From Podarcis tiliguerta (taxonomy: Eukaryota), in NCBI GenBank assembly GCA_965153285.1, contig OZ229113.1: a stretch of 64,000 bases of DNA, one strand, 5' to 3'. Made by a program: the position numbers and the translations under genes. Positions within the stretch are counted from its first letter, which is position 1. Each line of letters starts with the position of its first letter. A model generated the notes under the pieces. The model had not been told where the DNA came from and made no database searches. It saw only the letters and a program-made list of their open reading frames with translations. This document shows, one piece after another, positions 1 to 9,480 of the stretch.

Positions 1-31
1 TTGCACCATCTGCACACTGCAAAGGTTATTA

Positions 32-246
32 CAGTGGTACCTTGTGTTAAAACCTTAATTCGTTCTGGAGGTCCAGTCTTAACCTGAAACTGTTCTTAAC
101 CTGAGGTACCGCTTTAGCTAATGGGGCCTCCCGCTGTTGCTGCACGATTTCTGTTCGCATCCTGAAGCAAAGTTTTTAACCTGAGGTACTATTTCTGGGT
201 TAGTGGAATCTGTAACCTGAAGCGTCTGTAATCCGAGGTACCACTG
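32..246. mobile_element. Tc1/mariner-type MITE (family 1)
   Basis: TIRs cagtggtacc...ggtaccactg with TA on both sides; homologous to 4774-4989 and 58360-58591. Confidence 0.85.
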
Positions 247-1728
247 TACAGTGAACATGATCACTCTGGAAAACTCCACTATTGCCTTGCCTATTCAATG
301 AAATTTAGCAAGAACCACATGATCATTATAATTAAAGTATTTTGCACAAAATGGTGGGCAATGAGGAAACAGCTTTTGAGGCTTGAAGTGCCAATACAGA
401 ACTACAGAAGAACAAGACACTTAGTTGTTGCAAATTGCACAGGCCACCGACATTGTCTGGACCACTATTTCCAACTGGACATTGTCATCTTAAGTAGTGC
501 CTGCTGCAAAAGTGGGGATAAGTAGAGAGAATGTGCTTTGTATGGAGAGAAGGCAGATGCCAAGAAACCAGGCAAAATAGGCATGGAAGCATAAATGCAC
601 CATGTGGGAAAGGTAGTATGCAAATTATTGGGGTTTGGATTAACATGGCAGTTCAGATAAACCAAGATTAGGAAAAGAAGGAAGGAGGGGGCAGAGAAAG
701 ATAACAATTTCCTGCCATAAGGAAAGGCGAGGAGTAGAGAGGAGTGCTTCCTTTTTTTATTGTGATAATAACAGGGTGACTAAAGGTGGACTAGCCTTTG
801 TAGGCCACCCTTGAGGTAATTCTGCTTAACACCTTCCACAACCATTCCAATAAAGCTTAAAAAGAGAAAAGGCGTACTTTGGGATAACACTGGTTTGTGC
901 TTCCCACAAGGATCCTGATTAATCAGAGAAAATGCCAAACATGACTGAGAAGCAGGAAGATGTAGAGAGGAGGCAGTTCTGATCTAGCCAAGGTAAAGAT
1001 AGGGCTGGTTGATTATCAAAGCTCATATAAAAAAATAACATAATAAAATAAAATAAAAACTAACATGACTTAAGCATGCATCTTTACTCATAGTAAATTT
1101 ATTACCTTGCACAGAGCTGGTTCAGTACAATGGCATCACGCTCATTCTTCAGAGCAAAGCTAAAAAACATATATAGATTTGAGCATTAGGTGGCATATTT
1201 ATAAAGCTGTCAGTCTATCACCTTTTTCAAACACCTCATTTTATTTTTTGGGGAGAGCTTTTCAAATATATATCTGCTATTTAGATAAAGACAAATTCTA
1301 GATCCTGTCTATAAAAATACCAGTTCATTATTGCCAAGAAATATACAGTATTATTGCCAGCATGCAATTAACACTTTTGCTACTTTTCATTAAAAGAAAG
1401 ACACAGCCCCCTTCCCAAACGTTCTATGTGAAGTTCCTTTTATGTAAGAAAGGAGTGTGGTAATAGCTATACTCTAATTTGATGACAGCTGCTACAAAAG
1501 AAAGCTCAAGTGAGTTCAGTGAACTGGACCTAGTTACTTGTATTCAGCTTCAGTTTTAAATGGTGGAAATCGCAGTTTGGAATGCTGTTTGGCACATCAC
1601 AGAGACAGAAAGATTTTTTGCTTTTAAGGAAGGGCAATGTAGCCTGTACTACACTGCTAAAAAGAAAAGGAACCATCAAACTGAGGGATAAATAGCAGTC
1701 TATATAACTAGCATGTATAGTTAATGGA

Positions 1729-2092
1729 TTGTGGTTCGAGGACCCGACCCCCGCGCGGTGGAAATGAACACACAGGGACACGTGATTATGGTTTATGGGC
1801 ATGGAAAAGGCCACAACTTTATTGGTTACAGCAGTGAAAAGGTATTGGCTTAGGCATTGGATGTCCACCACAGGGGTTGAATCACCAGTGGGCGGAGCCT
1901 GTTGATGATAATACAACTATAGGCTCCCCACTGACGTCACCGGGGGTTGAGCCATGGCCTCCCGCCAAGCAGGCATCGGACGGAATACACGACCGCCGGA
2001 TTCCTTTAACGGAATACCCAAAATTGAAGGCTTAGGCGATGGCCATACCTAGCCTTCCAACACACCATACCGCAATAATCCAATGCCTAACC
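1729..2092 (-). repeat. Split direct repeat B2 (3' terminus of the element)
   Basis: 364-bp copy of 2495-2858 with 2 mismatches seen by eye; AATAAA on the minus strand at 1818-1823. Confidence 0.95.
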
Positions 2093-2265
2093 TACCCACC
2101 AATACCACGAAAGTTGTGACGATTGCTACGAGGTAGGCGAAAAAACCCCCATGGCCTAATGCCATGTGGAAAAACTCCTACCAGGCCCCCCGCCTAACCA
2201 GGGCGACCAACCTAAGGTCCATAGCAAGGCCAAGAACCTAAGCTAAAGGGAGTGGCGGGTGGGTG

Positions 2266-2496
2266 ATCGCGACGAGACGAGGAGGCAGGACGAAGCAGGA
2301 AAGAGGCCGGGAGAGGGCTGGCGCCTGAATTTAAAGTCCGCAGGTTACGCCCACAGCGGCACCTGATTGGGTGCCGGCTGGTGGGCGGGCGCCAGCCAGG
2401 TGAGCCAGGTGAGCAGGGGGCGGAGGCCCCCTGCTAGGGGCGGGGCTCGGGCTCCCGCCCACAACCACTCCCCTCTCTTTCAGGAGGAGAGTCTTT
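2266..2496 (-). repeat. Split direct repeat A2 (internal)
   Basis: 231 bp, identical by eye to 3867-4097; abuts B1 at gagtc-TTT-gtgg. Confidence 0.95.
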
Positions 2497-2858
2497 GTGG
2501 TTCGAGGACCCGACCCCCGCGCGGTGGAAATGAACACACAGGGACACGTGATTATGGTTTATGGGCATGGAAAAGGCCACAACTTTATTGGTTACAGCAG
2601 TGAAAAGGTATTGGCTTAAGCATTGGATGTCCACCACAGGGGTTGAATCACCAGTGGGCGGAGCCTGTTGATGATAATACAACTATAGGCTCCCCACTGA
2701 CGTCACCGGGGGTCGAGCCATGGCCTCCCGCCAAGCAGGCATCGGACGGAATACACGACCGCCGGATTCCTTTAACGGAATACCCAAAATTGAAGGCTTA
2801 GGCGATGGCCATACCTAGCCTTCCAACACACCATACCGCAATAATCCAATGCCTAACC
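2495..2858 (-). repeat. Split direct repeat B1 (internal)
   Basis: Copy of 1729-2092 at an offset of 766 bp. Confidence 0.95.
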
Positions 2859-2891
2859 GCCACCCGAGCCAAAGGCTCGCCGCCAATACCC

Positions 2892-3449
2892 TCACAGCTG
2901 CAACCAATCCCTAACACTACTGATAACACTGTCAAGCCACAAATCATTTCCCTGGTCAGATAAATGGACCCCATCATTCCGGTACAAGGCCTCGTTGCCA
3001 ATCCGGATACGATCATGCGAGATAACCTGGCCATTCAAATATCGCACCCGACGGGACACGGCCCGGTTCAATATCTTCCTGGTTCTCTCAACAGCCATAC
3101 AACTCTGTGCCCCACGCCAAACAATTCTTTTAAGGAGGGAAGACCAAAACACAGTGGTTCCGGGGCACAAAAGCGCAATCTCGCCCAAGTCAGTCCTTAT
3201 GTTCCATGACAAGTCCGCTGTTCCCCTGGTAACGAGGTCATTTTCCCCGAGCTGGATAACAAGGACGTCTGGGGGGCCAAATAAGGCCACTTTGTCGCGT
3301 AATAAAGGCATAAGTTCCTGCCAGCGCATGCCTCTTCTGGAGAACCAGAAACAACGGACTCCCGGGTGCAAGCCAAGGTTGGAGGTGAGGCCGGAACTGC
3401 ACGCCCTTGCACGGGCCCAGTGGACGATACTATGTCCACAAATCCACAC
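2892..3449 (-). CDS. SGNH/GDSL hydrolase (esterase) of the Ngaro-type element
   Basis: Uninterrupted frame with all four SGNH blocks: WICGHSI (catalytic Ser), RRGMRW (Gly), QLGENDL (GxND), DGVHLS (DxxH). The listed start is a GTG; the frame probably begins at the splice acceptor at 3467/3466. Confidence 0.88.
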   Translation of the reverse strand: MWICGHSIVHWARARACSSGLTSNLGLHPGVRCFWFSRRGMRWQELMPLLRDKVALFGPPDVLVIQLGENDLVTRGTADLSWNIRTDLGEIALLCPGTTVFWSSLLKRIVWRGAQSCMAVERTRKILNRAVSRRVRYLNGQVISHDRIRIGNEALYRNDGVHLSDQGNDLWLDSVISSVRDWLQL

Positions 3450-3466
3450 GATCTTCCTGGTAGCGG

Positions 3467-3503
3467 CTGAGGATGAAAAGAAGGAGAGGCCAGGGTAAGT
3501 CGG
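3467..3503 (-). promoter_or_regulatory. Candidate 3' splice site for the SGNH exon
   Basis: Minus strand reads ...gacttac cctggcctctccttcttttcatcctcAG|CC GCT ACC AGG AAG ATC GTG TGG: branch-like CTTAC, long pyrimidine tract and CAG. Confidence 0.65.
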
Positions 3504-3523
3504 GGTCGTAAGGGCAACGCCAT

Positions 3524-3868
3524 CTAACGGATATAAGCTTTATATGCATCTGATTTCCAACGACCCATTTCCTTAATCCTGTCAACCGGCAGGCCCAAAT
3601 GAGCAGCTGTTGTGGCGGCGCCAATCCGGAAGGAGTGCGCGGCATAATCCCGGGAGGGCAACCCACACGCGTCAATGGCCTTCCGGAGCACCCTGGTAAA
3701 TTGATGTCTTAGCAAGGGAGACCCGTCTTTATGAACCAGAAGTGGGCCCGGGCCGGTAGGCCGGAGGTAAAGGAACCGTCCGGTGTCCTTTACCGGGCAT
3801 GGCCCAGCCTCCTTTGAGGCTACTAATTTGATGAAAGTCCCCCTACCCGCCTGATCGGTTTTTGACAT
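3524..3868 (-). pseudogene. 5'-truncated tyrosine recombinase (C-terminal 114 aa) of DIRS/Ngaro type
   Basis: Motifs SKTDQxGxG, CPV, HSFRIGAAT, GRWKS and AYIR (K, HxxR, W, Y); the first catalytic Arg box and the N-terminal domain are absent. Confidence 0.9.
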
Positions 3869-4097
3869 CGCGACGAGACGAGGAGGCAGGACGAAGCAGG
3901 AAAGAGGCCGGGAGAGGGCTGGCGCCTGAATTTAAAGTCCGCAGGTTACGCCCACAGCGGCACCTGATTGGGTGCCGGCTGGTGGGCGGGCGCCAGCCAG
4001 GTGAGCCAGGTGAGCAGGGGGCGGAGGCCCCCTGCTAGGGGCGGGGCTCGGGCTCCCGCCCACAACCACTCCCCTCTCTTTCAGGAGGAGAGTCTTT
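3867..4097 (-). repeat. Split direct repeat A1 (5' terminus of the element)
   Basis: Identical to 2266-2496 at an offset of 1601 bp. Confidence 0.95.
3899..4062 (-). promoter_or_regulatory. Putative Pol II promoter within repeat A
   Basis: In minus-strand order: several GC boxes, CCAAT (3967-3971), TATA-like TTTAAAT (3930-3936), pyrimidine initiator CTCTTTCC about 30 nt downstream (3899-3906). Confidence 0.6.
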
Positions 4098-4195
4098 AAG
4101 GGATTAAGACCACAAAATAAGCTGCTATTCCTAAACTTGACTACAAATGGCTCTATACCCCCTCCCCGACCATGAAGTCAGAGGTAAAAAAAGAG

Positions 4196-4407
4196 GATTT
4201 ATTACATTAGCACCCAGCTTTTCCTCCAAGATGTTCATATGTTTCTCCCTTCCTCATTACCTCCTCACAATAACCCTGTGAGGTAGGGTTAGTTGAGAGT
4301 TTGTGACTGGCCTAAGGCCATCCAGTAAGCTCTGTGGCTAAGTGGAGATTTGAACCCTGGTCTCTGAGGTTGTGGTCCAGCATTCTAAGCACTTCACTGC
4401 ACTGGCT
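4196..4407 (-). mobile_element. Degraded tRNA-derived squamate SINE
   Basis: Similar to 5133-5364 (cacaataaccctgtgaggtagg...gactggcctaaggcca...tttgaacc). Confidence 0.65.
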
Positions 4408-4773
4408 TGGAGCATGATGTCCTGGTTCTTCAGCGGTGTCAGACATTGTAGAAAGCCCTGGGTCAGGGTTCTTGATCAAAGCAGAGATTGTAACCCCATT
4501 CAGCTGGATGAGAATAGACTCTTTGCAGACCCTCATGCTTATTGCACAGGGATCAGGAGAGGAAACCCCATAGGTTCTTTGAATCACTTAGTGAGAGCTT
4601 CTATTTGCTTGTGGACCTGGTAATGGTAAAATCCAAAACCAGTTATTGGCAAATGGGGACCTGATCTGGGACAACTGCCACAGAAGTAGCACTGAATTTT
4701 TTTCAGGATTTACATCTATAAATGAAAGAAACTCAAAACGAGCCCATTACTTCAGTTAGCACAAGGGAATTTA

Positions 4774-4989
4774 CAGTGGGACCTTGGGTTAAGAACTTAA
4801 TTCGTTCTGGAGGTCTGTTCTTAACCTGAAACTGTTCCTAACCTGAGGTACTACTTTAGCTAATGGGGCCTCCCGATGCTGCCATGCGAGTGTTCTGTTC
4901 TCATCCTGAAACAAAGTTCTTAACCGAGGTACTATTTCTGAGTTAGTGGAGTCTGTAACCTGAAGCGTCTATAACCCGAGGTACTACTG
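4774..4989. mobile_element. Tc1/mariner-type MITE (family 1)
   Basis: TA-flanked with TIRs; homologous to 32-246. Confidence 0.85.
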
Positions 4990-5132
4990 TACTTATGACT
5001 ATTATTTTAAATAGGTGCCTAATCATTATTAATAGACATGGTTATTCCATTAACAGTCTTATTTAGTATGCTGCTTCTCTTCCTGGCATAGGTATGGGAT
5101 GTTCTTTTACACTCAAACCCACTTTTAAGTGA

Positions 5133-5364
5133 GAAGAAGAAGAAGAAGAGTTTGGATTTGATATCCCGCCTTTCACTCCCTTTAAGGAGTCTCAAAGCGG
5201 CTAACATTCTCCTTTCCCTTCCTCCCCCACAACAAACACTCTGTGAGGTGAGTGGGGCTGAGAGACTGTGACTGGCCCAAGGTCACCCAGCAGCTGCATG
5301 TGGAGACGCGAACCCGGTTACCCAGATTACGTGACTACCGCTCTTAACCACTACACCACACTGG
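5133..5364 (-). mobile_element. tRNA-derived lacertid/squamate SINE with (CTT)n tail
   Basis: The (aag)n tract is the tail; the minus-strand 5' end ccagtgtggtgtagtggttaagag is A-box-like and ggttcgcgtc is B-box-like. Confidence 0.8.
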
Positions 5365-7135
5365 AAGGAAAGCAACTGAAGGCCATAACATAAGCACTTA
5401 CTTTGGGAACCAAATAATTACTTTAAGAGCAGATTTGATTTCACTGGAAAGCCCTTGTTTGCTGGCTGATTAGGCCTATCTAAAATAATGCAAAATGCCA
5501 GCAAGTACAGAATAGCACAGGGGGGCATCCCAACATCGTATGCTCACACAAAAGTTGTTTGTTTGTTGCCATGTAAACGTGTTTAAATGAAGGGCTGAAT
5601 ACCTACCTACCTACCTTGTTAGACATGCAAGGCAGTTTTCAAAAGCAGTATTCAAAACACATCACAAAAGGATGTCCCTCCTTATGTGTAGGATTGTAGC
5701 CTTGAGCATTCATATTTCTTCTTCTTCCATCACTTAATGCTTGCCTTGATTCCTTTGCTTTGTATTTCTCCTTGTTATTAGTCTCTCCCCCCCCCCCCTT
5801 GCCATCCTATACACACAAAGTATGAGAGTTAATCTCAAAGCTGAGGTGTTGAGTTAGTGAGAAGCTGTGACATTTCTCTCTTTGCAGTCATAAGGTGAAA
5901 TGTTTGAGAGTTTCTAGATACTGCAACAGGGTTTTTTTGCTTGGTTTTATTTTAACTTACTGGATTTTTCCCCAGAAAAGGGAAATCTGGATTAAATTGA
6001 AGGTAGGGGAAATAGGGGTTGGCATTTTAGCATCCTGTGAACACGGCAAAGAAATTGCATCCATGGGAAATCCTGATCCCACAATTAATACCCATTTGGA
6101 AGCCCCCTTAGTAAAGTATATGCCATTACTCCAGGAGTATTTTATTCTTCTTGAGTAAACTACTTCCCAAGCATCAGTTTTAATCTAGAAAGGAGGATAT
6201 ATAGTTTCCTGGATAAAATAAAAAATAGTTTCTTCTTTGCCTTGAAACTAAAAAGATGGAAGGATTAAAGGAATAAATACTTTCAGCACAGCTGATAAAA
6301 ATTTCCTGTGCCCAGAGCCATTCTAAGTAAGACATGTTTTTGTATGTAGGTAGTATAGTTGTTGTGTGGTCAAATGTTAAGGCATAGCCAAAGGTGCAAT
6401 TACAGCGTAGCACTGTTTATGGACCTTTATTAATTGATAAAGCTTCCGGAGTACAACAAAAATAGCACAAACAGTCTATTATCTACACTGCAACTCAGAT
6501 AATAAAAGTCAAGAAAAAACACTGAAATAAATTGGTATTGATTTATTTTTTAAAAGGAGGAAAAAAGCATTTATTTTATTTTACGTTGGAAGGCTCTGCA
6601 AGACAGTGTTTCAGTTCAGAACCTCACTTGTGTTTAGAAGCAGAGCAACTCTTGGTGGCTCAGTCTAGATTGTGTCACCTAAGTTAACTAAATCTGCTTC
6701 TATTAACTGTGTGGAACTGCAGCCTGAAGCTCCTTCAACAACTGATACTTCAATGGAAATGGAGCTACATGAATATCAAGTTGCAAATCAGCTCTCCCTT
6801 TGGCACTCATAGTGAATTATGCAACAGGAGTACCTGCCTAGTAAAATCATATGCTGGCATAAACTGGAAGTCAGAATTTAAGAAAGATAAATATTGAGTT
6901 GGTTCAATTTCCTCTGAATTTTTCTTTTTTGCATACTGCAAAGTTTGGGGAATTCAGCAATTGATCAGAGGGGCATTCCAGCAGCTCTTTGGTGTTTGTT
7001 CCATTAATAATCTTCTTCACCAACAAGCATTAGGTTCAGCCACTACTTGAATCAAGAACCTCTAGCTCTGTGCATCAGTGAACCTGTCTACACTAGAATG
7101 ATATGTGGATTTGCACTTGCCTGTCTTCCCAATTA

Positions 7136-7661
7136 CAGTGGTGCCTCGCAAGACGAAAAGAATCCGTTCCGCGAGTCTCTTCGTCTTGCGGTTTTTTCCG
7201 TCTTGCGAAGCAAGCCCATTAGCGGCTTAGCGGATTAGCGCTATTAGCGGTTTAGCGGCTATTAGCGGCTATTAGCGGCTATTAAAGGCTTAAGGGATTA
7301 GCGGATTAGCTGCTAAAAGGCTATTAGCGGCTTAGCGGGCTTAGTGGATCAGCTGATAAGCGGCTTAGCGATCAGCTGTTAAGCGGCTTAGCGATCAGCT
7401 GTTAAGCGGCTTAGCGATCAGCTGTTAAGCGGCTTAGCGATCAGCTGTTAAGCAGCTTAGCGATCAGCTGTTAAGCGGCTTAGCGGCTTGGGAAAAGGGG
7501 GGGGGGAGGGAGAAAAAAACCCGCAGGAACTCGCAAGACATTTTCGTCTTGCGAAGCAAGCCCATAGCAAATTCGTTTTGCGAAGCACCTCCAAAACGGA
7601 AAACCCTTTCGTCTAACGGGTTTTCCGTCTTGCGAGCCATTCGTCTTGCGGGGCACCACTG
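7136..7661. mobile_element. Tc1/mariner-type MITE with internal minisatellite
   Basis: TIRs cagtggtgcctcgcaagacgaa / ttcgtcttgcggggcaccactg, TA TSD, and a tandem array of about 9-20-bp units (ttaagcggcttagcgatcagctg) at about 7218-7490. Confidence 0.88.
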
Positions 7662-9199
7662 TAATACCTTATATCCTTCCCATTCCAGTGTTGTTTCATA
7701 TCTCTACCCAGTTTTAAGTGTAGGAGGCTTTGATCCTGCCAGGGGCTTTCTAAGGATTGGGGGGGCTGTATTTAAATGGGGAAATATCTGGACAATACTG
7801 GGATGGATAGGGCATCATGTAGTTGCCCCTTCTTTAATTGGGAGACAGGCAGGTGTGAATGCAAATTTTGTTCTGGTGTGGCAAGTAACCTGAAACTGCA
7901 AAATGAAGGTAGAAGGTGGTATCAAACCTGTCCTAGGGCAGAGAATCTCTTAGTGAAGGAAATGCGGATTTAAGGACCAGAGCAATGCACACCCAGTCCA
8001 TTCAGTCTATGTTGGTGCTTCACTGAGTAGCCAAGCAGGCACAGATGGATCACATCCACTTGACCCAGTGCATCCACCCATAACATCTCAGAGTTCCCTT
8101 AGCCCTGTTCAGATGAATGTGAACTTCTTATGTCCCTGTCTGCCCTTAAATCACAGCACCACTAGTATTCTGAGAAAGGGAGAAAAACCTTATATCCTAC
8201 ACTTGCTCCACAACTCACATAATTATTTTTCAAATATTAGAAATGGAAGGACACTTGAACTGAGGGTGTTAACAAAAACTGACACATTAAGGAAATTGTT
8301 GGCTTGCTGAGAAGAAGCATGGGAGTTCATAGCTGCAGGTGTTTGTTTGTTTTGCATTGGTTAAAGTCTTTTATGAAAGAAAAGATGTGTTAAGAAATTG
8401 TAAGACTGTCCATACTTTGTTCTCCAAATTATCTGTTTCAAATTCTGTGCTAATGAAATCCAAATTCTGCGCCCCTAATACTCAACATCTGATGTTCATA
8501 GATATCTATGGGGTTGATAACAAGAATGTAAAACATGGGAGAATTCAAGAAAACATTTCACCTGTATTCACGGTTCTTGTCTAATTTAATTGGAATGTGA
8601 TTCCAGAAAAACAGCTTCTGCTTTGATGATTGATGATGCTTTCCGTTGTTCATGTTAGGGAAACCTGCTGAGCTTGATGAAGAGCCAGGAGGCTTACCAC
8701 AAGAAAGTGTTGCTATCTCAGGACGAGGACCCCACAAAAATAACAGCCAACCTCCACATTGCTTCTCTCTTTTCTCTCTCCATTTCTGTACTCTCTTCCT
8801 GGTAACATGTCTTATGAATTGCCATTTTCAGGCAATACTACTTCCATTCTTTTGACATATTCCAAATGGCTCCTGACAGTCACAACAGCTGTGGTGAGAC
8901 CTGTCCCTCCCACAGGCATTATTAGCTGCCAATAACCAAGAGATGGAAATCTCAATTGCTCATAACTGCTGAAGCAGAATAAAAAGCTTTCTGCACTGTT
9001 TTTCCCACTTGAACTGCTCTTCCAATATCTGAATTAAATCAATCAATACTGTAATCTGTATAGAGACAAGTACTGGGGTAATTCTTTCTCATACCTTTCC
9101 CATTGATTTGTTGTGTCCATGTAGTCCCACTTTGTCCTCCAATAGTGATAAAAACATCGTTGGGGGCAGATTTTGCAGCATTTTTGAGGTATGTTACTA

Positions 9200-9480
9200 C
9201 TTTTCTTTCTGTCATACTCCAGATTGCTTGATCTCATTTATGGATGGTCTGTTGATTATACTCCCTACACAAGCCATGGGTGAATGACGAATGAAGTGAT
9301 AATTGTGATCTTGGTATCTGCCCACCAGCAAAGTAACTGGGTGGGAGCGGGTACACCCACACATTGCTGTGCTCATCAATAATCTAGTCACTGTGTTTTG
9401 CACCAGCTGGAACCTCCAGATCAGGCCCAAGGGTAGCTCCACATAAGAGCATATTGCAGTAATTCAGTCTTGATGTTACT
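9200..9480 (-). mobile_element. Old L2-like LINE RT fragment
   Basis: Translation ELPLGLIWRFQLVQNTVTRLL resembles the L2 motif GLP...LQLVQNAAARL. Confidence 0.65.

Larger units (their letters stand above)
1729..4097 (-). mobile_element. Ngaro-type (DIRS order) tyrosine-recombinase retrotransposon, internally deleted and non-autonomous
   Basis: Split direct repeats A1(3867-4097), B1(2495-2858), A2(2266-2496), B2(1729-2092); C-terminal YR ORF plus SGNH hydrolase ORF; no TSD, only TT(T) shared at the ends; CpG-rich against an AT-rich background. Confidence 0.92.

Noticed and set aside
1530-1916. 128-aa ORF and its twin at 2434-2682 (MYYHQQAPP...)
   Set aside because: These lie in the noncoding B repeat, start at a non-ATG codon, and the first runs out into host DNA; no recognisable domain
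1729-2858. LTR retrotransposon reading, or a hammerhead ribozyme in the repeats
   Set aside because: No TG...CA ends, TSD, PBS or PPT, and the repeat order is split (A..B A B); I found no CUGANGA/GAAA hammerhead core
2995-3675. Overlapping ORFs 2995-3498(+), 3197-3523(-) and 3430-3675(-)
   Set aside because: Shadow frames of GC-rich YR/SGNH coding sequence with no motifs; the ATG right after the YR stop is out of frame with SGNH
1729-4097. Bacterial or phage contamination (integrase plus GDSL lipase)
   Set aside because: YR motifs are DIRS-type, signals are eukaryotic (CCAAT, AATAAA, splice acceptor) and both junctions with lizard-like DNA are clean
7218-7490. CRISPR-like or telomere-like array
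   Set aside because: No unique spacers, not TTAGGG, and enclosed by MITE TIRs
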